A stretch of 64,000 nt of DNA from Lama glama (Eukaryota), in the NCBI GenBank assembly GCA_028534125.1, contig CM052816.1, positions 70,434,001 to 70,498,000 of the forward strand. The letters run 5' to 3'. This document shows, in pieces, positions 23,801-38,800 of this stretch (its first letter is position 1; every line of letters starts with the position of its first letter). Below the pieces are notes generated by a model. That model did not search any database. It worked only from the letters and a program-made list of their open reading frames with translations, and was not told the DNA's origin. Position numbers and translations under genes: made by a program.

Positions 23801-26800
23801 TAATAAGTATAATTAGCTCTTCAATTTAACTCAAGGTCATTAACACTTCAGATACTATGGCCCTTCTTAATTTGTATGAAGTGCGCCATTAGCTCAAGTC
23901 ATCCGTGGCCTTCAAAAATATTAGCAATGAATTGCAGACGGCTCCATCTTCTACTTAACCTAAGGTCTCTCAATTTCATTTTATTTACTTCATAGAAAAT
24001 CTTTAAAAAATTGCGTAATAGCCTATAAAAATCCTAGAAAGCAAAGATTGAACGATTTCATTCCTGACTGCCTTCTCAAAGTGTTCAAGGTACAGAATGT
24101 TTCAGACTTTCTTCTTTATTAGTTCTGATTGAAGTGTGCATACCTTTGTCTTTCTTTTTTTTCACTTACAGGCACTTGTACTTTATCAAAATGCTGGCCT
24201 CTTAGCTCCGTAACTTACCTTGCATATTGAATTGCTTTGAACGTATTTGTGAGGTCTCCACCATACTGGGACGTCTGGGAGGTTGCTCTAATCATTTCCG
24301 CTTTGGTTTTGAAAGTATTCAGATTAAACACAACTCTCGGATTATTGGCATATTGAATTAACCCCACCTTCAAGAGAAGAGATCATTACAGGGTTGTCAT
24401 TAAGTTAGAAACCATTTCTATTTAACCAATATAATGAAAATCGAAAGTGCATTGAGACATGGACTGATAGCTGAAGGGAGTCATTCCCAACTTTTTTCTT
24501 AAGAATAGCTATTTTCTTCCAGTGGAATGACTTCTTTGTCAGAGGCCATCAGTGTACAGCAGCCGCTCTTATTGATAAGCAAGATAATGGGCTATCGTGT
24601 ACCATTTGTCATTCAAGAGTGATAGTGACAGATTTTTAAGCACTGCTGTAAGGATGAATATTAGAATCAAGATCATAGCAGGAAGAGTCAAATGATATAA
24701 GTAAATGTTCTAGTTACTAATCGATATAAACATGTAGGTAATTATAAGCAATCATAGAGAGAAGATAACACCTCATCAATTGATGATAATCATATAATAA
24801 ACAGAGAACTATAGCTGAATACAAGAAAAGCTGATATGCTAATCAACGCAGTCAGTTTGGATGATTTCCTCTAATCTAGTGTGCTAGATTTCCTCTCGTC
24901 ATAGACTTTAGGAAGAAAGCTCCTATATGTGCATTCAGGGCAGAAAATTTCTGGCCTTCAAGGAAAATGCCATTAGAAAGTCTTATGTGAGAAACCTGAG
25001 AGGCAGACCAACTTCTGAATAAGATGGTCAGGCACACACCCTAATCCTTTAGATCAAGGTGGTCAAACACATTTGTTAATGTCCTGGTTCTCAGCACTGA
25101 GATCACCTAGGATTTGGAGCTTCTAGAAAAAGAAGCGGTAATAAGGGGCTAGTGGTAAAAGGATCTCTGAAATAGAGGTCAGTATGTAAGGAAGGTGGAA
25201 AGGGCAAGGCCTGGATTTCTGAGTTCAACCAGCTACTTTTGCTAGGAAGGCAGTTAATGAGGCACTGGGAAAACGGCAAAAAATATGATACTGGTGAACC
25301 CCTCATTTTACGATAGGATCAAAAGTAATTCAAAGGATTTCAAAATCTAGGATGAGACGAAGATGGTGGTGACCTCCTGACGCAGCTCCAGGACTTCTGT
25401 GTGAGAAAGAGGAAGTTGTGGAAGAAAATTTTTTTAAAATGTGGTGTATTAGGACTCACAGAAAGGTCACATTCAGATCATAAGAAAGGATACTGAGTAA
25501 AACCACCTCCAGAAATGAAGAAGATGCATTGGGTTTGGGAGATAGATGAGAAAGGCTGGTAATATAAGAAGTCACTTTATGGAGGTAATCCATTTAGAGA
25601 CAGAGAAAATAAGCAGATACACATGAAAACTCGTATGAGGGGCCCTACCAGTGATGCTCTCCAGAAAGCAGTGCTGTACCCAATCTTATTTAATAGAATT
25701 TTCTGGTTAAAACCCACAGTGAAACCTCTAAAGTTTTGGCAGACATGAATGTCCTCTTGGTATTAAAAAGCAATGTTAATGGGTAAAACATGTAACAGTA
25801 TTTTATAATACTGTATAAGGAAGAAGAAAAGCAAATTTCAATACAGATAACTGTAAAGCTTTTAGGGAAAAGTGTTTCAACAATTGTTGGACCCTGGAGC
25901 ATCAGATGCAACCCAAGAACTGGGGACCTTGTAAATGGTTCCCATGCATATTGGTTTAATGTGCTGCTATAGCTGGAATGACCCAGGAAATGGCAGCTCC
26001 AACAAGCAAGACCAAAAACAAAACAAAACAAAACCCAAAACTTTAAAAATGCTATTCAGTTTTATAAAAGCATGACATTGCTGCTCCTGAGTTTTGGTTG
26101 CCTACCTCAGGAAGAGAGAAAACCAAATTAAAGGCCCCTTAAAACACAGAGAGCTATACAACATTATTGAAAAGACTTGTCCTGTGTAAAAAATGGAAGG
26201 CTAGAGTAGAATGTGATAAAAGACTATAAAATACTAAATGGGAGAATTATGCTATGTATGAACTTATTTATAAAAACACCAGAATTCAAAGATAATTGTT
26301 TCACCAGTAAGGAGTAAATGAAAAAAATTCATTATTAGTCTGAATGTGTGTGAAAAAATACATATTGGATTTTAAAATGTATTGCTAAGTTCATGGATTA
26401 GAGGAGGAAAAAGTAAGCAACCAAAGAGGATTAAAATGCTGTATCACGTATCTGAGGCCTGTGTCTGAAACAGGAATCCGAGCTTCGACACCAGCCCTGG
26501 GCAAAGGCGTAGATAAGAATAAATCAAAGCAGTGCAAGTTTCAATTAACTTTCAACATTACCATTAAACACACTTAATATGGGAATGGGACAAAGGCAAA
26601 GGTTAAGACCTCATACCTAATAATATTTTCTCGGAAAGAAAGTCGTGGGTTCGTGTCTTTATGTCCATACCTGTGTCTTTGTGGGGCCTATATCCAGGCC
26701 TTGTACAAATTTTTCCAAAAAATTCTTCACTGCATCCCAGGGATAAATACTGTTTGATTCATCACATACAACCACAACATCTATGAAGGAAGGGCAGGCT

Positions 26801-29800
26801 ACAGAGGAGAAGATGAAAGAAACACATTTCCATCAGTAAGGCAAAATCACATCCACATAAAAATGAGACAAAGTAAGACAGGATGGCACCAGTTGATACA
26901 ACTTCCCCGCTCCTTTAATGTAAGGCATTGCTTAGACCCTCTGCACATTCATGACTTACTCTGAATTGCAGGTGAAAAGCTGGTCAGGAGCTTAAAATCG
27001 GGACTGACGTCGGAACAAAGGCCAGTTGTGTAATACTGACTTCCACACTGCTGTGCCCACAGGGGACCACAGGTCTTAAAAGAAATGACAAAACACATGA
27101 AAAACCTCAAGCCTCCACCTCGTGAAACTCTGAAATCATTTCCATTCTTTCACAAGACACCCAGAATCAGACACTGGGAATCGTCAGCTCTTGAGCCTAA
27201 CAAGTCAACAGTGCCTTTGAGTGAAAGTGCCCTGGAACAAACAGAGGGGAGGGAGGAGTGGGCAGATGTGCTGTGCCCCAGGCAGGTGGCTCAGGACAGG
27301 GGCGCTGGGGCCATCAGCGGAGGGAGGAGCCAGCCCATCAGGTCACCCACCAAGCTGGAGAACAGGGGTGCTTTCCTTCCAGAGAACACCCAGGAGAAAA
27401 AAGCGTGCAAAGTTCATTTTTTATCTCTTGGTTACCTGAGTCCCAGGTGCTTCCTCTATAAAATGAGGATAATCAGACCTCCTAATGTAAGGTTGTTGTG
27501 ATGATGAAATGAGTCTATAGATAGAAAATACTCAGAACAGTGCTGGGCAAATGGCAAGTGGTACATCACTGTCAGCCAGCATCATTATCATTGTTAGTCC
27601 TCGGTCTCTAGGTCTCCTCTGGTCCCTTCCATTTATCCTGAATTTAGCAGAAACCATAAACCCTCAAGGGCCAGGCAGGAAACCTGGGAGACAGCTCGGG
27701 GCGGGAGGAGAACCTCGGTCAATGAGGAGCCGGTGCCTCATGGGCAGGGCGGGCCGCTGCGGCTCCTGCCCGCCGGCTAGGGTGAAACAGGCCCCGTGTT
27801 ACCAGATCTCCCAAATTCTCAAGGAGAATCAAACGGAAAATTTTGTGTGAAAATTTATAGTTGAAAAAACCTGAAATACTCTATGTGCTAAACAAACACA
27901 AAGAAGGTTCATGAACTGCCACTCTTTAATTTTGCAGCTACCAAAATATCTCTTCGAGGACTTCAGAACTGTCTATTCTCACTCCCTAGAACCTTCAGTC
28001 ATCCAAGTTAGCACCTGCCTTCTTGCACACATAATCCTCCAGTTAATCCTGTCTCCATTAACCCAGTCCCCCATTATCCCCTCTTAGCAGCCCTTGAATG
28101 CCGAGAGCTCCTGATGAAATCATGATGAAACCATGTGGGGAACATTAGATTAAATAATATTTAAATCATTAGATGTAAAAGGAGAAAAAAATGGGAGAGA
28201 CAAGTTAAGTCATGGTCTCAAAAAAAATCTACAAAGTTTAACCTTATGTAAAGCTATGGATCGATTATTAAAACTTAACCAAGAAGTGTGGACTTGCAGA
28301 AAGTGATTGGAAGAATAAAAGGGAATTTATTTGACCCAGTTTAATTGTTGGTCGCTCAAAGGAGAGGCAGCTGTGGTCATATTTCATGCTCAATGAACAA
28401 AGCATAGTTTTTTCCCTTATAAAACTGCTTCATTTTGCCAATTAGTTAGGGGAAATTCATGATTGATGCCTTGGGTTAGTTTGCCAAATAACAGATACCA
28501 ATTACTGATTCCTATACCCCCATCCCGAAGTCAGTTTTTGTTAATCATCCTGAAAAATAACAACACATGAAATATTCAAAAATATTTTTTTTCCTTTTAA
28601 AAGCAATGGAAAACAGCATCAAGGAGTTGAAATTAGAATATGCCAACTGTCAATGCCAGAACAACATTCCTGCTTTAAGCCCAGAACTGAAGACGTTTTT
28701 TTAAAAAAAAAAGAGAATGATGATTGTCAGTCTTTTCCACAGAATTCTTAAGACTATCTTAAGATTTTGACCTTTTAGGTATGGAAAGGAAACTCTGGCT
28801 TTTTTCTTTTTCCTTTCTTCTTTTCTCGCTCTCTCCGTCCCTTCCTTCTTTCTTTAACTTGCTACCTTGACTGTTAAATTAATCTCCCAAATTATCTTGC
28901 AATTTTATTTTTTAAGTAAAATTTATAAAATGTTACATTTTATATAAAAGTATATAAAGTTACATATTAAAATTTGAAGTTACAGATTAAAAACTTTGAA
29001 ACATATTCTGTAATCCTTATATCTCAGTATGTTTTTCTTTCTTAATTTATTCAACTTTAAAAACAAACAAAAAGACAAAAGCAGTCTTATGACAGACTTT
29101 GGAAGGTCATAAACCTGGAAGGTTCATTGTAATATTCATTTATGCATTGATCTAACACATATTATAAGCAATACCTAATTTACCAAGGTACCAAAGTCTG
29201 TCTAATGTTTATCAGTAAAAATAGAATGACACTGTTCAGACTTGATTATATTTTAGAGTAATCCAGTTATACACATAGGCTTTTAAGTTAGCATATTGAT
29301 GGTATAGATAGAATTAATATAAAGTTAAATTAAGCTAAGAGTATTTTAACAGGGCTGATCTACTAAATTACATCTATGTGAGCAGGTAGAAATATCAAAT
29401 GAGATTGGGTTTTTGTCTTTAAATTTTTTTTTTGGTGTGTGATGGTTTTCATTTTTTGTACATAGTCACATCTTTTCAATAATTTTTTACATTATTTTTT
29501 CTTTTAGTTTTAAGGTCAGAAATTCTTACTTCTTTCAAGAAACTTCTATTTTCTTCTAGCTTTTTATATTAACTCTTTGATTCACTTGAAAGTATATTTG
29601 GAAAGTATAGCTGGATATGCTATTAATTGTTCCCAGATCACTCAAATAAAGCATCTTTTTACTGACTTGTGGTGACTTTTCATAGCATTCTAAAAAGTAA
29701 ATGGGAGTAAACACTGACATGAAACAAGATGAGACCATACCCAGCCTCAAATATCAGATTAGCCAACGGTCATAGGAAATGATCAAAAACAAAAGTACTT

Positions 29801-32800
29801 TGTAGCTATGAAACCGACTTTCTGAATTAGCAATACCTGTCTTGAATGTTCCTACAGGAAGGAGAGAAATGAGAGCTAGAATTCTGCTGTTATCAGCAAG
29901 TACAAAGCACATTTTCCAAGGGCAAAGAATCGTGTCCCTTTTGCTCCCTTTCCCCAAAACATTCTGTGGCAATGGTTTTGCTGAATATCTTAAGACATCT
30001 ACACATTAGCACACTGTTAGTTCATGTTGGCTCTCTACCTAGCATGATTTATCCAAAATCAAGCTTGAACATGTAAACCTCAAGATTTGGTTTGAAGAAG
30101 GGGAAAAGGGTGGGAAGGGATAAATCGGGAGTTTGAGCATTGCAGATACTAACTACTATATATAAAATAGATATACAAGTTTATTCTGTACAGCACAGGG
30201 AACTATAGGCAATACCTTGTGGTAGCCTATAATGAAAAGAATGTGAAAATGAATATATGCATGTTCATGTATGACTGAAACAGTATGCTGTACACCAGAA
30301 ACTGACACAACATTGTAAACTGACAATACTTCAAAAAAAATTTAAAAGAAAAGAAATGAAACTGTCAGATAGCTTACTATGTGAAATTTAAACCAATTAT
30401 ATATGGGTAGCTAAAATAAATAGCAACTAGTCCTCATGGGGAAAAAATTTGGTTTGATAGGATTGATGGTGAGAAGACACTGACTTCATACCCTGAGAGG
30501 CATGAGAATTTGAAAAGTAAACACTCACAAGAAATCCTCTGGTTCCCATGTTCCTTGTCAGTGTCAAGCCAAGGCTCATGTTGGTTTTCATCTCAGTAAC
30601 ATTGGAAATGCTTGTGGAACCTTTCAAAGGGGAGAAAATTTTAAAAAGTGATTAAACCCTCATCATTGATTTGAAGCTGTTTATAAAAATAAAAACAGGT
30701 ACATTCACATTGACATGTAGCATTGAATTTAGTGCGTGTGGTATATAATCAAGTGGAGGGAAATGAGATGCTTTCAGTGCTCACTGAATTAAATGCATGC
30801 GGCTGCAGGATGTACGATACTAGGGATTGGGGTCTACAAAGGTCATGATGGTTCTAACTAGTACTTTATTCTGGATCAGAAAAAAATCTCCTCAAAGTGT
30901 TATCAAAGAATGCCATATAGTAGAATCTGGCTCAAAGCAACAGTGAGTGAATGTTAAAAGGAAATGATGACACCAGTATGTAAAATAATAGATAATCTCT
31001 CCCACTGAACTAGGGTGTTATCTACTGTATCTGTTCTGGAGCTACTGAAATTTGAAATTCTTCTCAATAATATTATTTACTCATATCTTCTAATCTCTGC
31101 CAAGGTATACACATAGAAAAATTATGATATTTATGTATATGTATACATACATAAATTATGCTAAACTATCTGCTGATATACACACATAAAATTTCTAAAA
31201 ATAATACAAATATATATTTTGGGCTGAGTACTCAAAAGCCTTAAATAGTTTATCCCCATTTCCCAGGATAACCATGTTACAACTTCATCCTTCTTCTCAA
31301 GCCTCCGACTCAAGCTAGATCCCATCACTGCCTGTGAATAGCCTGTCCACTGCACAGAAGAGAATCACACTCGAAGGGTCATCTCAGCTTCTCTCATCTT
31401 TACCTAAAGGTCCTCCTAGAAGTCCTACTTCTTCTCTTTCCTTTGTGTTTCAGAGAAGGGAGCATTCTTCCTAAGACTCATTTTCCTAGGTACCAGAGAT
31501 GTTAATCCCATCTAGTTAACTCTATTCTTGACCAAAAGTCATTTCCTTCTCATTGCCTCCTTCCAGTCTCCCTACAAATAGATCATCCCCTTTTTATTAA
31601 AAATTTTTTTTCTCTTTAACCTGCTACCCCATCGAACTATTTTCCCAATTCTTCTCCACTCCTTAACTTCCTGAAATGGAGGTCTAATTTCACTTTTTCA
31701 CTACTCACTGCTCCTTAATTTCTTGTAATCTATTTTCTCCTCTCAGCACTACTGGATTTATACTCTAGGAAAGAAAACTACAAAATACAGTCTGTTGGAG
31801 TGCAGAAAGAAGATAACAGAGCTTCTATGTGTACGCTTTTATTTTGTTAAGTTTATTTTTATTTAGGAATTGTTCTAAAATATATTTTATAAATAAAAAA
31901 TAAAACATATAAAGGTGACTGTTCCAAAATCAGAGGTTATGATATGATATATTAGGGGTAATATAATAAAACTTTTGAACTATATAATAAAACTTTTGAA
32001 CACTCACCCGTAATGTATATTTTTATTATTTTTAGAAATTGTATGTATATATACATGAGCAGATACTTTAGCATAATGTACATTTACATACATGTACATA
32101 AATAGCATAATTTCATGTATACGTATATATGTGTAAATATTTGTATACATGTATTATATGCATATGGTGAGTGTTCCAAATGTTTGGAGAGCACTGATCT
32201 ATATCACCCACAACCTTAAATAAGTCAGTGATCTGTACTTAGTCCTCAAACTCTTCAACCTCTGTAGCATTTGACACCACTGATATTCCAACCACTCCAC
32301 TGAAAATGTTTATTAAGCTCCTACCATATGCCAGAAATTATGCTAGAAATTAGGTATACAGAGATGTGTAAGAAGCACTCCTGCTCTTGTTTCTAAGTCC
32401 CCATGAGTATTTTTGATTCTCTTCTTTTCCTTGATCCCCGTAACAGTGTATTTTCCTAATTCATGCCTTAATTCTTCAAAACTCTGATTCCTTAGTACAG
32501 GGTATTTGAGGAGAATGATAATCAAACTGAGTAACTTTTTACTTGTATCAGAAAATATTGCTTGGAAATATGCCTCATGTAACTTTCTAGTCTTGTACCT
32601 TAATAACTTTTTTCAGTAATAGAAGGCATCTGAGATATGGATAACTAAAACAGCAAATCCAAAAAATTACAAATAATTCCAAATTGGGATTGTTATTTCA
32701 TTAGAATGTATCATTCAGACATGACCAGAAACACAGAGTGTTCCTCAGCACTTCCAAAATCAGCCCTCGTACTGAAGTTTCTATATTTCATGGTTTGTTT

Positions 32801-35800
32801 TGAGGAGGGAGAGAAGTATGGATAGCTTCAGGTTTCTGTAGGTAATCAGCAAAATAATCCTAAATGTTGATGGAAGGTGGTCTACAGTCTGGGGGTGGAT
32901 GGTCCAGGAAGCAATATGTTTCCCATGCATCTTACCTTATCGGGTCATCAATCTGTGTTGGAGATTTGGGTATAATTGGGCCCCATATGACTACAGAAAT
33001 AAAGGTGAAAAAAAAGCTGTCTATATTTCTTTAAGACAAAACTATCATTGGTTTTGTTGGTTTTCAGTTGGGTATATAACAAATGAGATTTTGTTATTTG
33101 TTAAAAAAATCACATTGCTAATTATAACTTACTTTGCAAATTCAGTTTTTCACATGTAGCAGTGGACAGATCAACAGGGCATTTATACACATCTCCCATT
33201 CGGTTCTCAGGAAAACCACTCCAAGGTGAACCAACCAGTAACCTAGAAATAGGGATTTTTTTTTTTTTTGCATCAGACATAAAATGTAAGCTATAGTTTT
33301 TTAAAGATAAAAGTGACCATAAAACAATAAAAAAACCCACACATTTAATTTCAATTTCTAATAAATGAACAGTTTATATCTGTTCAGCTATAACTTGCTT
33401 TCTTTTCCTCTCAGCTAATCAAGCTCTTTAATGAATGTCTGCAGTACAGCTGTCTTGCCACACCTGGGAGGTCTCTAAAGCAGCGCTGTCCAACAGAAGT
33501 AGAATGCAGGCCACAATTGTGAGCCACATGTGCAGTTTTACGCTTTCAAAAGCCACATCAATAAAATTAAAAAGCAAAGGTAAAACTAAAATAATATATA
33601 CTATTTAACTCACTAAATCCAAACTAGCATGCAATCAACATTAAAATGATTAATGAGCTATTTGACATTCTTTTTTTCCATACTGTTTTTGAAATTAAGT
33701 GTGTATTTCATACTTTGAGCACACATCGATATGGACAAGTAACATTTTAAGTGCTCAGTAGCCACGTGTGGCTAGTGGCTGCCATATTGGTCAGCATAGC
33801 TCTAAAGAATGAAACGATATTAAAACCTCAAGCAAAAACTAACATTTGTTGAGTGCTTGCTATGCTCTAAGCACTTTCATATGCTATTTAGGGAGCAGAC
33901 GGGTTATCTAAGTGGCTTTCTGTTTACTGTCTATATAAGGGAATCCTCAGCAAAAATACAGAACAAGAGTACTGTGGGGCTCTCCTTGTATGTATCGTGT
34001 TTAGAGCCAGAATACAGAATGCAGAGGTCAGAGACAGGTCCCAGCACCTTCCCTTTGGTAGTTTCACGTCCTACAGAGCATTTCTAATTAGATACTGTGC
34101 ATTTCCCTGTAGTACCACTTACAGGACATTTCTGGCCACAGAAGAATGGACAAAGTCCATGAAACAATCTAATCTTTAGAAACTCCAGCAGGTTAACTTA
34201 CTCAGCAGCATCCAGTGACTAAGGAGGCATATCTGATTCAACATTTTTTCCTTGTCAAAGCTGGGAATGATTAGATTATCAATCAATGAAACTTAAACTC
34301 TTTCATTAGCTTTCTGTCTAAATATTTTATAATTATTAATATGTGTTCAATTAAGTGCTAGAGTGGATAAAAAGTCTAAGGCACATTTCTGTCTACTAAA
34401 TGTAGCAAAACTATTTAAAATACATGACAAATAAAATAATAATCATCCAAATGAATGGGAAGAAGCAAATAAGTTCCCCTTCTTGGAAAAACATTAAAAT
34501 GGTGAGAGGAAGCAAAAATAGGCATCGAAGGATGAGGCTGGTAGTCAACATTCTTATCACAGGGAACAGCATGAAGAATTATGGGAAGAGGGAAAAAAAT
34601 TATTTTGAAAGACAGTTAATGATTCAGTAATAATCTTCTCCCCTTATTCATCCTATACAATTATTCTCAAACTAATATTTTGTAGAGCATTCTAGAATAC
34701 TTTCAACCAATTAACTTTGATTAAGCTTAGAGTTGAAAGATTTTTGTCTCCTTATGAGTAGTTACTTTAGCATAATTTACCTATTAAAATATTGCCTGTA
34801 GAAACCATCAACAACAACAAAAAGACAACCCACTGGATGGAAAAACATATTTACAAATGATAAGACTGATAAGGGGTTAATATACAAAATATATAAACAA
34901 CTCACACAACATCAAAAAGAAAAAATCCCAATCAAAAACTAGGCAGAAGACCTGAATAGACATTTTTCCAAAGAAGACATACAGATGGCCAACAGGCACA
35001 TGAAAAGATGCTCAACATTGTTAATCATCAGAGAAAGGCAAAATAAAACCACAGTGAGACATCACTTCACACCTGTCAGAATAAGCTATCATCAAAAAGA
35101 CCACAAATAACAAATGTTGGTGAGGATGTGGAGAAAAAGGAATCCTCATACACTGTTGGCAGGAATGTAAATTGGTGCAGCCTCTACAGAAAACAGTATG
35201 AAGCTTTCTCAAAAAACTAAAAGTAGAACTACAATATGACCCAGTAATTCCACTCCTAGGTATTTATCCTAAAAACCCAAAAATGCTAGTTTGAAAAGAC
35301 ACATGTCCCTCAATGTTCATAGCAGCATTATTTACAATTGCCAAGGTACAGAAGCAACCGAAGTGTCCAACAACAAATGAATGGATAAAGAAGATTTGAT
35401 ATATGTATACAATGGAATGCTACTTTAGCCATAAAAAGAATGAAATTTTGCCATTTGCAACAACAGGGATGAACTTGGAGAAAGGCCAGCACTGTATGAT
35501 AACACTTAGATGTGAAATCTAAAAATATAAAACAAACTAGTGAATATTTAAAAAAAAAAAGCAGACTCATAGACATAGAAAACAAACCAGTGGTTACTAG
35601 TAGGGAAAGGGAAGAAGGGAGGGGCAATACAGGAGTAGAGGATTAAGAGGTACAAACTACTAGGCAGAAAATAAATAAGCTATAAGGATATATAGTACAA
35701 CACATGAAATATAGCTAATGTTTTATAATAACTGTAAATGGAATATAACCACTATGTTGTACACCTGAAACTTATGTAACTATACCTTAATAAAAAAGTA

Positions 35801-38800
35801 ATACACCAAAAAAAAGTGCCTATAGACTAGACAGGAATACAGGAATACCAGACATATAAGTTAAGGTTTTTGAAAAAAAAAATCTAATATTGGCCTTACT
35901 AAGTCTGAATATTTGCTTTAATGGAGAGAGAGAATCAAGGAACAGGATTTGAAGTGTGTATCTTAAATTTTTCCAATTCATAACTCAGAGAAAATTAGGA
36001 AAATTATGACAACTCTGAATTGTAAAAACTATCTTCCAGCAGTTGATTTTTTCTATTTGTACATGTCCTTGGTCTTTATTCCACAGTGGGACTACACAGA
36101 CCACCTCTGAATTGTATATGCAGCGTATATCTTAAAATGTAAGAAAGAAAGAGAGAGATAGTCTGGCTCTTGCTTATTTCTTCAACCCTGTTTTTTTCCA
36201 TGTACTTTCCTGAAACTGTATCAGTCATTGAACTCAGCTCTTCCACCAGATCAATCTTTTACTTCTAAACCTCCACCTGTTCCCTGCCTGGCAAAGTTCT
36301 GCTCATTAGTGAGGTCTCCCATTAGACAACCACTTCCTCCAGGAAGTCTCCTGGTTCTTCCAAATCCGAGCAAGGTGGATTTCCTGAGTGCTCTGAGCTT
36401 TCCCTGTCCCAGTTTTCATCACATTACTCTGTGAGCACCTGCCTCCTGACCACTCCCCCACCAGAGAGGAACCGCCCACAGGGACTAGGAGTTGTGCCTA
36501 CAGCACTGAGTGACCACTTGTTGAACAAATGAATGAAAAAACAAGTGAACAAATGAATGGATGATTCTACATTATTATTTAAGAGAATTCTCTTGGTTGA
36601 AAAAAATCGAGAAGAAACATTTTAATTCTGTTTTTATTGAGGAGCATTTCTTTTTTTGTCCAAGTTAGAGTAAAAAAAAAAAAAAAGGTGAAAAATCTCA
36701 ACCAAATTGTGAGGAAAACATTATACTTTTACTGTCCCATCAGCTGTTCCTGATTCAGTCTCCATATATCTGTGATGCATCCAACTTGTGTTTTTATTTT
36801 TTTAAATGAAAGCTGACTGAGGAGTCTGCAGGGAATAAAAATAGCCCCTTCTAGCAAGAAACTATAATGGCTTTGCCTCTTTACATGCTGGGAATTGACA
36901 TTAATGACAGCAAATCTTACAACAGCAGGTACTGAGTGTAAGGCTTTCTGAACATTATTAATTTTATGTGCAGAACAAGTCTGAGATTGTTTTATCTCCA
37001 TTTTACAGAAGGAACTACTGAGACCCAGGGAGATGAGCAACTTACTCGTGTTTACATGGGTCGGGAGAGCCAAAGATAACTGATTCTGACACTGAAGCTC
37101 CTAACCCCTTGGCTATTTATTCTCTTTCCTCCAGAAGCAAGGTCTGGCAAAGGGCCCAGTTGGGAAAACTATTTCAACAGATGGGTTGGGCTTTAGAATC
37201 ATCAAGGAGTAGAAACTGGAGCCTGAGGGTCAGGCCACACCTACTGAGGTGGGGTGGGGTGGAACAGGGGACGGACGTGTGCGCGGGCCTTGGCTGTAAG
37301 GTTTACAATCCGGTAAGAACAGGGGATGTTCAGGTGGTCCCAACTGTAGTCACTTGAGTGGCTTCTATGGTGCACACGTCCCAGCCACCCCCACCGCATT
37401 CCAAAGAAACACACTGAGGAACAGAAGTTTAATATTTCTCATCTACAGTGTAAGCATCCTGTTCTCAGAGCCTCCAGCAGTAAAGCCGCACCACTCCCTC
37501 CCTGTTTTCTCAATGAGAAAGTCAAAAGGCTACTTGCTGTTTCCTGTTGACTAAGCATTCCACGGACACCCTCCCTCTCACCTCCTCCCACTTCATCTCA
37601 CAATTCAGGATTTGATCACCTGGAACCTCAGGAGGGGTTACCTGACTATAGCCATGAGAGTTATTGCCCCCCCCCCTCACGTCAATCAGACAGGAAGAAA
37701 GGAAAGTTGTGTGCCACTAAACAAGAAGGATGCGAAAGTACTTGAGATTCTCTCAAAGCATGTATTGACATCTCTTAGCGGGACTGCACCATCTTAACAC
37801 ACAACAATAGAAGACGGTGGAAAACTAAACCGTTTTGGTGATTGCTGAAGAACAGCAAGGCTGCCCTCACCCTAGATGACTCATTCTTTAAACACGGTGA
37901 ACCACATTAGCAATTAGTAAGCCACAGGTCATACTCGTCACTACAGAGAGCATTCCCAAAACCATCGCCCACCTCCTTTATTGGCAACACTTTCAGTAGA
38001 TTCTCCTCCTCCCTTGCACCCATAGGTCTCAATGAAGTCCTTGTTCCTGACAACTCATCCTCATAAGGAAAGGCTATGACATCACCTGTGGCTACTCTGA
38101 GGGAATTGGGACATTCTTAAATTAATCAGACAGGAAGCTGAGGGAGGCAGGTATATTTATCTATAAAATTTTATGTAATCAGCTGTGGCAGGAAGAAACA
38201 TGCCAGGAGAGAATGTTGTAAAGGTGGGGAACAGGATACATTAGTGGGTCAACCCTGCTGAAGACGGCAAAGTCTCTTTGAAGTAAGGGATTTAATTTAA
38301 TCACAGCCAGACAAAGAGCTGCATGAACAGTCGTGTGTGCTGATTCTAAAAACAAAACAAAAATCCCAAGATATAAACTTCTCTTTTCCTACACTGAAAC
38401 TGGGAATTCTTCCAAGACTACTTAAAATAACACTTACTGTTCAATTTTCTTGTGGGAAAATAGTGATTATACAGAGTTCCAAAACACAGCCAATTTGCCC
38501 ACCTCCAGTGGAATTCAAAATACTTTGTTTAGTTAGTAAACAGTATTTATGGTGGCGTAGGTAGTTTTAAACCCACAATCCAGGGACTGTTATAAATATC
38601 TTCCTTTGGTCTAAACACTTTGAGTGGTCCTTCCATACTGGAGATTTTTCTAGAGATTATTGACAGAGGTGTACTTAAAATACTAGGGCAAAACATGTTT
38701 TATTTGATTCAATAAATGGTTCTTGAGCGCCTATGGGGCCGACATGTTGCACAACTCTGGGGGCACTATTCCCACATGAATGGCGTGCCTGGGCCTTGTG

